Part shown: piece after piece, positions 11,968-22,048 of the stretch
How the letters are laid out: every line of letters begins with the position of its first letter
Position numbering within the stretch: the first letter of the stretch is position 1
Assembly (NCBI GenBank): GCA_963843145.1
Contig: CAWJJC010000028.1
Location: 1-64,000 of the forward strand
DNA length: 64,000 bases
Direction of reading: 5' to 3'
Source of the DNA: an uncultured delta proteobacterium
Lineage (GTDB): Bacteria; Desulfobacterota; RBG-13-43-22
The notes under the pieces: model-generated
Databases searched by the model: none
What the model saw: only the letters and a program-made list of their open reading frames with translations
Told to the model about the DNA's origin: nothing
Translations under genes and position numbers: made by a program

Positions 11968-13061
11968 ATGAAAAGGCTGATAGTATGTTGTCTTTTGGTT
12001 TGGGGTATTGCCTATCCGGCAATCGGCGATCAACGGAGCGAAGCCGACACCAACGGGTCCATCCTGGTCAATGGTGTTGAACGCAAATTTGTTTACGCCG
12101 TGTCGACTTATTCTGCGCCGGCAACCGGACGTCCGCTGGTGATTCATCTGCATGGCGATGGCGGCAATATGGGCTTGAGCGCGGCCTGGAAGCAGGCCGT
12201 GCTGAATGATGCGAATGGCGCAGTGTTGCTTTCGGCGCAAGGGCGCAATAACATTCCCGCCGCGGCACCATTGACGTCGGCCTGGCGGTTTCGCATGGAT
12301 GAGGCGGGCGAGCCTATGATGATGTTGATTTTATTGATCAGCTGATCACACAGGCGACCGGCGGCGACACCCTCTTGGCAGCACGGATTGATCCGGACCA
12401 GGTGTATCTCGTGGGCGAATCGCGCGGCGCCGGGTTTGCCTATTTCCTGTACGCCGACCCGCGCACGCGCAACAAGATCCGCGCGATTGTGCCGCATCTC
12501 CGGCACGTTTTACTGCGATGGTGATGCGGGCGCGGGCACGCCGGGCACCCGTCGCGCCGGCAGCGATACAACCTGTGGTGAGGTGAGCGCCTTCGGCTAT
12601 CTGGGGGCCAAAGGCCTCGTTGTTCAGCGCGCCGGGCGTCACCCGCGCCGCGCATATCCTTGATATTCACGGGCAACTTCCGCCGAATGGTAGTGAAGGT
12701 GGGGACACCGCCCCGCCCGCGCTGGATGTCGATTTTGGGTCATCGACGTGGGCGGGCTGGGGCGAGGCGGCGGGGTGCTACACCGTGCAGGTAAGCTCGC
12801 AAACCGAGCAAACGCTGGCCCAGCCGATCGGCGGCAAAACGGTAAAAACCTACGCCTACAGCCAAGCCGAGAGGCGATCTGGCAACGCGGTGCGCCGGCC
12901 TGGATCTGACATTTTATGTGGTGCAAGGCGGCGGACATGTGCCGGGCGGATTTGAGCCGACGGCCTGGTGCTTCCTGAGCACGGTTGGCGGCACACCCAG
13001 CACCAGCGCCTGCCAGCTTCCAAGTCCTCATCGCCTTTACCTGCCGTCGATAAGGCGATAA
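11968..13061 (+). CDS. Secreted alpha/beta hydrolase (PHB depolymerase/esterase-like), multiply frameshifted
   Basis: Signal peptide; PLVIHLHGDGG; RIDPDQVYLVGESRGAG (GxSxG); VVQGGGHVPGG. The last frame ends HRLYLPSIRR* (13029-13061). Confidence 0.75.
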
Positions 13062-13097
13062 GAGCGCTGAGCCGAAATTTTAAGGTTTATAGCTCCA

Positions 13098-13180
13098 TTC
13101 AGGATACTGCCGGTGTCTTGGAGCTCGATATGACTTCTTTTTCTTTTCTCTATCTCCCTCTGATTTTAAATCAGGGATAA
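13098..13180 (+). pseudogene. Orphan 3' end of a beta-propeller paralogue
   Basis: QDTAGVLELDMTSFSFLYLPLILNQG*; DNA closely similar to 3286-3330 joined to 4731-4762. Confidence 0.8.
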
Positions 13181-13192
13181 AAGGAGAAGCGC

Positions 13193-13700
13193 ATGTTGAA
13201 AAATACCTTCTATCGCACCATATTTGTGAAATTAGCAATGTTGGTGTTCACACTGCTGGTGGTTCCCCGCGCACTTGCCGTTACCTTTACCGTCAACAGT
13301 ACCCTCGATCAGCCGGATGACCTGACCATGCTCGGCACTTGCCACACGGCCGAGAACACCTGTACTTTGCGCGCCGCTGTGATGCAGGCGAATAGAACCA
13401 GCGGGGCAGGCGCAACGATCATGGTGCCTTCCGGCATCTATACGCTGAACATCCCGGCGGCGGTCTTGGACGGCGAGGAGAATGGCGACCTGAACCTGAC
13501 GACTCCGACGCCGGTCATGGGTAACCCGGTTATCACCATCATCGGCGCCGGCGCCTCGAGCACCATCATTGACGCGAAACAACTCGACCGCGTGTTCACA
13601 ATTCAGACGGGTCGCACGGCGAGCATCAGCGACGTCACCATCCGCAACGGCTATACCCTCCGGGACGTTGGCGGCGGCATCTACAATAACGGCGGCATAC
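13193..13700 (+). pseudogene. CSLREA-domain protein truncated by IS
   Basis: Signal peptide; FTVNSTLDQPD...CTLRAAVMQAN; GDLNL. Cut after GGGIYNNGGI at the IS left end. Confidence 0.85.
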
Positions 13701-14993
13701 TAAGTGGTTGTCAATAAATTAACTTTACATTAAACTGTATAGCCTTGGTCGAATGGCATAGTTCCATTCGCCATGGAATTTTTCGGGAACAATATTGACC
13801 GTGGCCATTTCCGTGTCACTGACTTTACGGCCGATACGATATTTTCGGCGATCAAGCCGGCAGACCACGGCTAAGCCTTTGGCCGTGGTCGTTTTGGCAA
13901 TAAGCTGGACTATCGTTTCATAGTCGCGCAAAGGTTCCCCGCGCCAGTTAGAGGAGATGAATGAAAGAGGCGGTGTTCCACCTTGTTCCACTTGCTCGTT
14001 CCCGGTGGAAAATGACAAACACCAATGGGTAAATTGAGTTCATCCGCCATTTTTTGCAATTCAAACTTCCAGAGTCGGAGCCTATAGCCGTTGCTGCCTC
14101 CGCTATCGGCGGTAATCAGTAGTTCGGTCGCCTGGGGATACAATCGTCGCCCTTCGTGTCGCCACCAACCCCGGACCGAGGCCACCGCGAAGGCGGCGGT
14201 ATCATGATCGGTACCGACATTGACGAAGCCCCGATTCAAGCCCAGGTCATAAATGCCATAGGGGTAGGCTCGGGGAATGGCCGGATGCGGAAAGTCATGC
14301 CCGTTGACTTGTTCCGTTTCCTTCACTTTACGCCATTGTCGGCCTTTGTTGTCGAAGTTGCCGATCAACTCTTTCTTCTTGGTGTCAACGGAAATGACCG
14401 GGTTTTTAGAAGCCATCGTCCGGCGAACTTTGTTGTTGATATAGCGGAACTGCTCGTCTCGGTCGGGATGATCGTCACCCTCTTCGGTCTTTCGGTTCCC
14501 TTGAAGACTGTAATTCAAGGATCGTAGTAATTGAGCGACCTTTTCATGGCTAATCGGGTGGTCTTGACTGGCCAGTTCCCTGGCGAGCGTCCGAGTGCTT
14601 TTACAGGTCCAACGTAACGGTGATTCCGGATCCCCCCTGGTCAACGGCTCCACCAGGGCTTCCAATTCCTCCGGCAGAGTCGGATCAGCCGATACCAGAC
14701 TGGGTCGGCCGGCACCTTCCCTCCGTACCCGGGTGGTCGGTACCGTTTCGTCCCCCAGTTCGCGCATGCCTTTGGTGATGGTGACGCGAGAGAGCCCGCT
14801 GGCACGACTCACCATAGAAACGCCACCGTGTCCAAGCTGTACCGCCTCGGCAGCTGCGACCAGGCGACGTGATCGCTCGTTGAGATGAGGCCAAATTTGT
14901 GATAGCTTCTGTCTGAGGCATGATTCACTATCCATGCCTAGGAGTATAGCAACTATTAGCTATTTGTAAAGTTAATTTATTGACGCGTCCTTA
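13701..14993 (-). mobile_element. ISAzo13-family insertion sequence
   Basis: Perfect 20-bp inverted core gtcaataaattaactttaca (13710-13729) and tgtaaagttaatttattgac (14965-14984), both ends bounded by TAAG/CTTA. Confidence 0.9.
13725..14935 (-). CDS. ISAzo13-family transposase (frameshift near 13965)
   Basis: GDPESPLRWTCKS, ISVDTKKKELIG, ITADSGGSNG, HFPPGTSKWNKVEHRLF, FHGEWNY. Confidence 0.93.
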
Positions 14994-16261
14994 CCGATCG
15001 ATACTATTAGTCCTGTCTCTTCGGCCACTGGAATGAATTGCGTGGGGGTTACCGAACCAAGATAGGGATTCTGCCAGCGAAGGAGCGCCTCCACACCAGT
15101 GATCGCGTTTGATTTGAAGTCAACTTTTGCCTGATAATGCAAAGAGAGCTCATTGCGCTCAAGGGCTAAACGCAACCTTGTCTCGATCGATAGACGTTCT
15201 AACGATTTTGATTGAATATCTTCGGAGTAGAATTGGTAATTGTTCTTTCCTTCCTCTTTGGCAAGATACATGGCCATATCGGCATTTTTCATCAAGGATT
15301 GCTCATCTTCGGCATCCTTCGGGTACATACAGATGCCGATGCTCGCCGTTATACGGCATTCTTGCCCCATAAGAGTTATGGGTTTAATAATGCGGGTAAG
15401 TATCTTGTGGGCTACTGTGGCGACCTGGCTTGAATCGCTTACCTCCTCGATCAATATAACGAACTCATCTCCTCCCAGACGGGCAACAACATCAACTGCT
15501 CGCAGCGGATGCTTCAACCGCGTGGCGATTTCTTGCAGCAGTTGATCTCCTGCCTCGTGCCCCAAGGTATCATTGATAATCTTGAAGCGATCCAGGTCGA
15601 TGAATAACACGGCGATCTGACGCTGATAACGATGCGCCGCCTGAATGGCGTGGTTCAGCAGTTGGCTGAACATCAAACGGTTGGGCAGTCCCGTCAGGAC
15701 GTCGTGTGTGGCGAGGTACTGAATCTTTTCTCCGGCGCGCTTGCGCTCGGTGACGTCATGTCCGACTCCCTTAAACCCGCAAACCTTGCCTTCCTTGTCG
15801 CGCTTAGGAAAAATGGAAAACTCGGCAGGGGTTACTTTGCCGTCTGTGCGGATAAATTCATAGGGAATATTCTTGGTCGATTCGCCTGTTTTAAAAACCT
15901 GATGGAATAGGTTGAAGACCAAATCCGATTCTTCCTTTTTGATGAAGGATCGAAAATTCAAGCCGGTTAATTCTTTTAGAGAATATCCCAATACATCGGC
16001 GAAAACATAGTTGGAAAAATTAATGTTGCCGGCGAGATCACTCTCAAAATACCATTCCTCCATCTCTTCTATTATGGTTCGATATCTCTCTTCGGACTGG
16101 CGCAGAGCTTCTTCTATTTGCCTGCGCTTGGCAATCTCCGCGAAAAGCTCCTCCGTTGTTTCCAAAACACTCTTTTCGTACACCTCGAGCAGTTGTTCCA
16201 GAGCCGCTATTTGAGACTTGAGAAGCTGATTTTCAACGGCAGCAGGTTCGTCATTCTCCAT
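14994..16261 (-). pseudogene. Coiled-coil-PAS-GGDEF-EAL c-di-GMP protein, EAL truncated by IS
   Basis: PAS; ATHDVLTGLPNR; RAVD I-site; GGDEF. EAL begins (EALLRW..FIPVAEETGLI) and is cut at the IS end. Confidence 0.9.
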
Positions 16262-16285
16262 AGACTTCGTCTCCTTCCGTCGCCT

Positions 16286-17056
16286 TTAGCCAGCGACCTT
16301 TCCCGGGTGCGCGAATACCGTTTTTTCAAAGGGTAATACCGCCAGTTTTATGTTCAGCGACAGGTTTTTGAAAAGATCGGCCGTTTGCCTCGAAATGGAA
16401 GTCTTGAGAAACATGATAATCACAAAGACATCCAGCGAGGGGAGCATTCCGCCAAATCCCATTACCGACTTTATCCCATAGGGAACGACAAATTCTTTCT
16501 GGGCCGGGATATAAGGGCTATCGAGCGCTTCCGGGACAAGAAACACATTATAGGTCTTCTGCTCCATATCCAGCAGGAGCACCGGGTCCGGTTTCACGAC
16601 CGAACGCACGGTCAGTCCCAATTGCTTGATGAGATTTCGCATCATCGGAATTTGGTGCACGACCTCCTCGCTTGGGAGAGGAATCGCCTTATGCCCCTTC
16701 GATGTTCCTCTCAGGTTCCATTCCTGATTTTCTCCGACAGTTCCCAGAAGGGTGAAGCACTTTGTCTCCGGCAAGGGAACGTTTTCTCCGAGCATGTTCA
16801 GGGCGAAGTCTTTAAGTTCATCATCGAGACCTTCGTAGGCCTGGGTCTTGAAAAATCGGATCAGAGAACAGGCCCGCTCACCAGTCTGCCCATCGATCAG
16901 GGTATCGTGCAAGTATCTCACGATCCTGCCCGCCACCTCCTCCATACTTGAAGCCCCGACACCCATGGTCCGCACCGCCCTTCCACATTCTGTAAGCTCC
17001 CGTATGGTAAAATTGGCCATGTCGTAGGTTGTTGGTCCTTCATTCTGATTGCTCAT
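16286..17056 (-). CDS. Hypothetical protein, probable GAF-like sensor partner of the GGDEF gene
   Basis: 256-aa ORF with RBS, 24 bp upstream of the GGDEF gene. FVVPYGIKSVMGFGGML..VFVIIMF resembles GAF C-terminal strands. Confidence 0.6.
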   Translation of the reverse strand: MSNQNEGPTTYDMANFTIRELTECGRAVRTMGVGASSMEEVAGRIVRYLHDTLIDGQTGERACSLIRFFKTQAYEGLDDELKDFALNMLGENVPLPETKCFTLLGTVGENQEWNLRGTSKGHKAIPLPSEEVVHQIPMMRNLIKQLGLTVRSVVKPDPVLLLDMEQKTYNVFLVPEALDSPYIPAQKEFVVPYGIKSVMGFGGMLPSLDVFVIIMFLKTSISRQTADLFKNLSLNIKLAVLPFEKTVFAHPGKVAG

Positions 17057-17178
17057 TTTCTAATGGCTCCTTTCCATCTGCCTAACGTTTAGCATCAGAA
17101 TATTCAGCTAATATTATTGCCACCTAAGCCTTCAGAACAGGTAAATCTTCGATCGCGGTCAGCCAGACCCGGTCAATA

Positions 17179-17511
17179 TCAACGCCAATCCAGAATGTGC
17201 AGCAGATAGACAGTTTCGTCAGATTTCATAGATGACTTGGAGATCCCGCAAAATGCGATTAGGAGATAAGGGCTGATAGCGGCTTCTGTCAATAGATCAA
17301 CCTTTCGTCCAAGAGCGGTGGCGATCTGACGTTCTATTTTGACCATGGCTAAAAGGCTCTTGGGTTTGGCAAACTCAACCAAAAGATCGATATTGCTTTG
17401 GTCGGTTGCTTCTCCACGGGCCACGGACCCGAAGGTCCCGACTCTCTTAATGTCATTTTGCCGACAGATTTCGATTAGCTTTTTCGTGTCAAAAGAAAAG
17501 TTCATCGTCAT
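17179..17511 (-). pseudogene. MNT nucleotidyltransferase antitoxin plus stub of DUF86/HepT toxin (degraded TA pair)
   Basis: FGSVARGEA...SNIDLLVEF...LGRKVDLLT (first catalytic D replaced by N), frameshift, then MKSDETVYLLHILD only. Confidence 0.75.
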
Positions 17512-17825
17512 CGATTAGGTTTTCACCAAGTTTGGCCGTCGTTTTTGAGTTCAAGTTATGAAAACATCTGTATCTTACTAAAATCATTTAAGAAGTCAAC
17601 AAATCATTAATAAATTTCATATAAAGCAGGCCCAAACTCAGAGACTTTTAATGCCTGATAGGCCGGCCCTGCCTCCGGGAAGATTTGAAAACACGGGGGC
17701 CGGGTTAGACCCTATAAGGCCATATGGAAAACCCTTTCGCCAAGACCCGGCGGCACGAAAACCCGATTTCAGACTAACCCCCCCTATTTTGTGGCCCCCC
17801 ACCCGAAGGTGCGAACAATCAAATA

Positions 17826-18318
17826 TTAGTCCAGATCCAGTTTGGCCTTGCACCGATTACAAACCACAACGCCCCGGAAAACTTTATGGCCGCATTCAGG
17901 ACAAATATAGCGTGCTTCTTCGTCCCGAATCCATTTTTCAGTACCAACCGCTCGCCAATACGGAATAGCCCGTAGAATAACCTTTTTGCCGACGGTCATG
18001 GGAAAATGGTCAATGTATTGGCAGGGAAATTCCTCGCACTGATGGCATCCGCTGAAACCTTTTCCCTGGGCGCACTCCCTGATCGTCGCATTGTCGGCAA
18101 TGCATAAATCGTTCATCGGACAAACAGCCATGGCACTTAATATCTTCTACGGAGAGGCTTTCACTATTCGGAAGAGTGCCCTTGCCGGATACTTTTCCCT
18201 GATACAGTTTCACCAACCGCTCTTTGAATTTAAGATTGTTATCCCGGTGGGCCATATAGATAGCACAAACTCCGCAATAAAGGCCGCAAGGGGAAACAAA
18301 ATCCGGATTTATCGTCAT
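17826..18318 (-). CDS. DUF3795 Cys-rich protein (frameshifted)
   Basis: SPCGLYCGVC, CHGC, CRQC, CHQCEEFPC and C-terminal CPECG...CNRC across two ORFs. Confidence 0.8.
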
Positions 18319-18562
18319 AATTGTACTCCTTTCAAAGGGCTTGATCTATCAGTTCCTTGCCGCCCAATTCATCCCAACACTAATTAATTTAAATGCCTCG
18401 AAAATGGCTGCAACTAGGGCGATTAACACGACCGCCAACGCCAGGTACCCACGGTTCGTGTAGCCAAAAACAGATTTCGGGGTAAAGTAAAGAAAGATAA
18501 GCAAAGCCGGTGCCAGAGAAGGGACGAGCAAATGCCTGAGGAATCTTTTCTTTGGCTGGACC

Positions 18563-21298
18563 TTACCATCCTGCTTTAAGAATATGCTCTTTTTCTCTCC
18601 GATCCAGGACCCGGACACAGCTTTCCCAATTGATCTTTTCGACCTTGGCATAACGGATCTCGAAGGGGTGGGATTTCGGCAAGGCGTCGATGATCCTTCT
18701 GGCCTCTTTTTTTTCTCCCAAGGCCACGGCCATCCAGACATCTTCGAGCACATCCGGGATCTGGCCAAAGAGATTGTAAATATCCTTCAGACGGTCGGAC
18801 AGGATTTCATGGACCCGGTCTTCAACTGAATCTTTGTAGCGCAGATTATAAATTTGGACCAGGTCGTGGATTTGGCCGATTCGCTGTATTCGGCCTTTAC
18901 GCTGCTCTAAGCGAGTGGGATTCCAGGGTAGATCCAGGTTGATCAATCTGGCCAGCCGTTGAAGGTTCAGCCCTTCGGAGGCCGCATCGGTACCAAGCAT
19001 CAGACGCAGTTGCCCTCCCATGACCAGGCGTTTGAGTTCGTCCCTGTCCTTGGGAGTCCATACTCCGGCCTTCATAATTCCGGAAGTGCTCGGCCCAGAA
19101 TAGACGGCAATCGGCTCATCGGGTAAAATTTCCGTCATCTGCCCGGCTAACCATTGGATTGAATCCCGATATTGGCTGAAAACAATGCATCCCAGTTTCA
19201 GCCACCCGCGGTCAAGGAGGCAGTGACGAACCACTTCGTATTTCGGGTCCCGTTCCTGGTTGGCTTGCAGCGCCGCAACAAACCGTTCCAGCAGTCGGTA
19301 TTCTTCGCCGGTCATAGCCTTTGAGGCCTGGCTGGAAGCCTGTCCTTCGGCATGATTCTCTTCTTCATCTTCTTCATCCCACTCAATTCTTTCCCAGGAA
19401 TCGAGCATTCGCTGGGCAGTCTGAAGCCCGGCACAGACGGAGCTTCCCATCCGTCTGAGAAGCAAAGTCTTTAAAAAACCTGAGGCTTTTAAGCGCCGTT
19501 CAAGCATCCTGCAAAACTCCTCAGCCAATTCATAGGCCTCTCGAAGGTAGGGTGGCAGGAGGATGGCGTCCCGGTCGGACTCGCCGAGCAGTTCTACCCG
19601 GATGGGTTTAAGATAGGGTTCGTTGGTCTCGGGATCAATCTGATTTTCTAGTTGCTTCCGGGTCCTGCGGACAATCCGGCGGATGAAGGGATTATGGTCC
19701 TCAATAAACCGGGGGAACAACTCCAGAAGCCGGGCCCTGTCCGGCGGGCGAAGGCGCTCAAATCCGTCTCCCGGGACAACAGATTTTTCCTCCGGTAATT
19801 CCAATCTGCCTCGCAATACTTCGAAGTCCCGGTGCTCGGTCTTGGGTGGAAGGGGGTTTCGGATCCACTCCCAAATTTCTGTCTCGTCACTCGGGGTTCT
19901 CCCAATGCCCATCAGCAAACCTAAGGCTTCACCCGATCGGTGCCAAAGACTGTAAGGATTCCCCAGGACTGATTCGTCTCCCCGACCCAACACATCCAAA
20001 AGATCCCAGGCCTCCACCGGACGCAGTTGAACCGGGGTAGCGGTGGCCAAAAGGAGGCTTCGGGTTTTTTCGGCAATTTGATACATAAAATGGAGCAGGT
20101 TGTTCGGATCCGGGGCCTCGCCATCTCGGCCGTCGCCCAGATTTCGGCGTCTGGCCCGATGGGCCTCATCTAGAATCACACAATCGTACTGTATACCAAG
20201 AAGGACCTGGGCGGCTTCCGACTTGCGGGTGATTAAACCGGAAGATATAATACCCACGCGCCGGGGACATTTCCGAATACCCTCAGCCCCCTGCAGGGGA
20301 TGCTCGATCCCGTTTTCATCCACCCATTGCTTTCCGTTCCACACGGCGGAAGGGAATTCAATCAGATCCCGCAATTCCCCCTGCCATTGCCAGGTCAGGG
20401 TCTTGGGGCAGATTACCAAAATGGGTCGTTCACCCGTGAGGGCGATGAGCATGGCCGACATGGCCAGTTGCAGGGTCTTGCCCAGCCCAACCTGATCAGC
20501 CAGCACATAACGGGCTTTGCCCATAGAACCTTGGTGGGCGTCAAAAACCAATTTGACAAAATATTTCTGGTGTTCCCAGAGACCAACCTCTTTACGATAG
20601 ACCGGGGTTTCAATAAAGACCGGGGCTGGGTCGGGGGCCACCTCATCAACCAGTTTTTCCTTCCACCTTTCCAGGCTCCGAATAATAATCCGCTCCGACA
20701 ATCTTCCGACATCCTCCACTACAAAATCCGCCAGAGGAACGGCATAAGGGGAACCCCAAAGGGCGTCGAATTCCTCTTGAACCCACTGAACGGCCTCCGG
20801 TGAAAGATCCTCCCAGATCAACTCGTAGTTCATCTGCCAGGCCGATTTGGATTCGTTGGCGCTCCCCATGAAACAGGTCTTGACCCCATCTGCCAGAGTA
20901 ATAACCCCGGCCTTCCCATGGATTAAACCGAAAGCCTTATCCGGGAGCACCCTGACTTGGAGCTTTCCACTCCGGAGCAGATCGAAGAGTTGCCGAAATC
21001 GTTTTCGAGCTTGCGGCTCTCCCATGCCTTCGAGCAAATCTTCGGGTTTGGATCCGCACCAGGACTGCCTTAACGCCGCCTGGGCGGCCCTGGCGGTTTG
21101 GACATCTGCGAGATTCAGGTCGGAATTACAGACCATGCGGATCGTTTCCTGGATCGATTCCAACTCTTCGCCGGCCACTTCCAGGAGTGATGAACAAAAA
21201 TAGCCGGCGATCCGGTCGTAGGATCTGGCGCCCCGAAGGCGCTCTGATAGCAGAGAGCGATCGAGCCGTTCGCGACGAGATGAAAAGCGGCGAATCAT
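18563..21298 (-). CDS. PLD-like nuclease plus SNF2 helicase (restriction-like anti-phage system)
   Basis: IHGKAG...GSANES (HKD-like), LADQVGLGKT, LDEAH, TATP, TDAASEGLNLQ, DLPWNPTRLEQRKGRIQRIGQ. Confidence 0.93.
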   Translation of the reverse strand: MIRRFSSRRERLDRSLLSERLRGARSYDRIAGYFCSSLLEVAGEELESIQETIRMVCNSDLNLADVQTARAAQAALRQSWCGSKPEDLLEGMGEPQARKRFRQLFDLLRSGKLQVRVLPDKAFGLIHGKAGVITLADGVKTCFMGSANESKSAWQMNYELIWEDLSPEAVQWVQEEFDALWGSPYAVPLADFVVEDVGRLSERIIIRSLERWKEKLVDEVAPDPAPVFIETPVYRKEVGLWEHQKYFVKLVFDAHQGSMGKARYVLADQVGLGKTLQLAMSAMLIALTGERPILVICPKTLTWQWQGELRDLIEFPSAVWNGKQWVDENGIEHPLQGAEGIRKCPRRVGIISSGLITRKSEAAQVLLGIQYDCVILDEAHRARRRNLGDGRDGEAPDPNNLLHFMYQIAEKTRSLLLATATPVQLRPVEAWDLLDVLGRGDESVLGNPYSLWHRSGEALGLLMGIGRTPSDETEIWEWIRNPLPPKTEHRDFEVLRGRLELPEEKSVVPGDGFERLRPPDRARLLELFPRFIEDHNPFIRRIVRRTRKQLENQIDPETNEPYLKPIRVELLGESDRDAILLPPYLREAYELAEEFCRMLERRLKASGFLKTLLLRRMGSSVCAGLQTAQRMLDSWERIEWDEEDEEENHAEGQASSQASKAMTGEEYRLLERFVAALQANQERDPKYEVVRHCLLDRGWLKLGCIVFSQYRDSIQWLAGQMTEILPDEPIAVYSGPSTSGIMKAGVWTPKDRDELKRLVMGGQLRLMLGTDAASEGLNLQRLARLINLDLPWNPTRLEQRKGRIQRIGQIHDLVQIYNLRYKDSVEDRVHEILSDRLKDIYNLFGQIPDVLEDVWMAVALGEKKEARRIIDALPKSHPFEIRYAKVEKINWESCVRVLDRREKEHILKAGW

Positions 21299-21702
21299 TG
21301 GGGTTGGTTAAAATCGGTTGAGAGGTTTTCCTTCACCCCTTTTACAAAGGCGCAGGCATCCTGGTAGGTGTCTTGGGCTACATCTTGGGTAATTTGATGC
21401 CAGGTGGCATAATCCGATCGCTGGCGCAGGTCGAAGGCCCCATGAATCCAACGGGAAAATTCTTTGGGGAAGACCCCTTCTTTTACAAATTCCTTATCGA
21501 AGATGGAAATGGCGCCGCTGTGTTTGGAAGTCTCCTTCCGCTTCACAGTCAGGAGGGCCAGGACGGCATAAAACATAGCATAATAGGACCGGTTGACCGA
21601 GGGCCGGAGTAGGCCTTTCTCCATAAGCACCTTGGCCGCTTCCAGGGACTCATCAGCCTGTTCAAGTCTGTAATTCACGAGAATTCGGGTGTTTTCAGTC
21701 AT
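21295..21702 (-). CDS. HEPN-domain protein (UPF0332-like)
   Basis: NRSYYAMFYAVLALL, SKHSG, LRQRSDY. Confidence 0.9.
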   Translation of the reverse strand: MTENTRILVNYRLEQADESLEAAKVLMEKGLLRPSVNRSYYAMFYAVLALLTVKRKETSKHSGAISIFDKEFVKEGVFPKEFSRWIHGAFDLRQRSDYATWHQITQDVAQDTYQDACAFVKGVKENLSTDFNQPQ

Positions 21703-22022
21703 CAGGCCGCCACCCCCTCCTGCAGGATATTACCAACTAGGGTGCTTTCGGACATGGGGCCGTGTTCAAACTCCTCCTGATCCATGACCACAGTGGTTAT
21801 GACGCGGTCGTTTTCGAAACCGACCTCCCAGGCCATATCCCGTATCCAGCGGTCTATCTCTTGATCCATCTGTTGGAGTACGATGCAGACGTCGAAATCG
21901 GAATCCCAGGCCGCCGTCCCACGGGCTCTTGATCCATAAGCCCAGACGCGCGCGCCGGGAAATCGCTCCCTGATCCGAGCAGTCAATTCCGTTAACACTC
22001 CCTGATCTTCATGGGTCAGCAT
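21702..22022 (-). CDS. Minimal nucleotidyltransferase (MNT)
   Basis: YGSRARG....SDFDV; NILQEGV. Confidence 0.9.
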   Translation of the reverse strand: MLTHEDQGVLTELTARIRERFPGARVWAYGSRARGTAAWDSDFDVCIVLQQMDQEIDRWIRDMAWEVGFENDRVITTVVMDQEEFEHGPMSESTLVGNILQEGVAA

Positions 22023-22048
22023 GACAATCCCCTTTGGCCTCAATATCC

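Noticed and set aside
18349-18560. Small membrane-protein ORF after the helicase as a fifth system gene
   Set aside because: It has no clear start independent of the helicase overlap and looks like a remnant.
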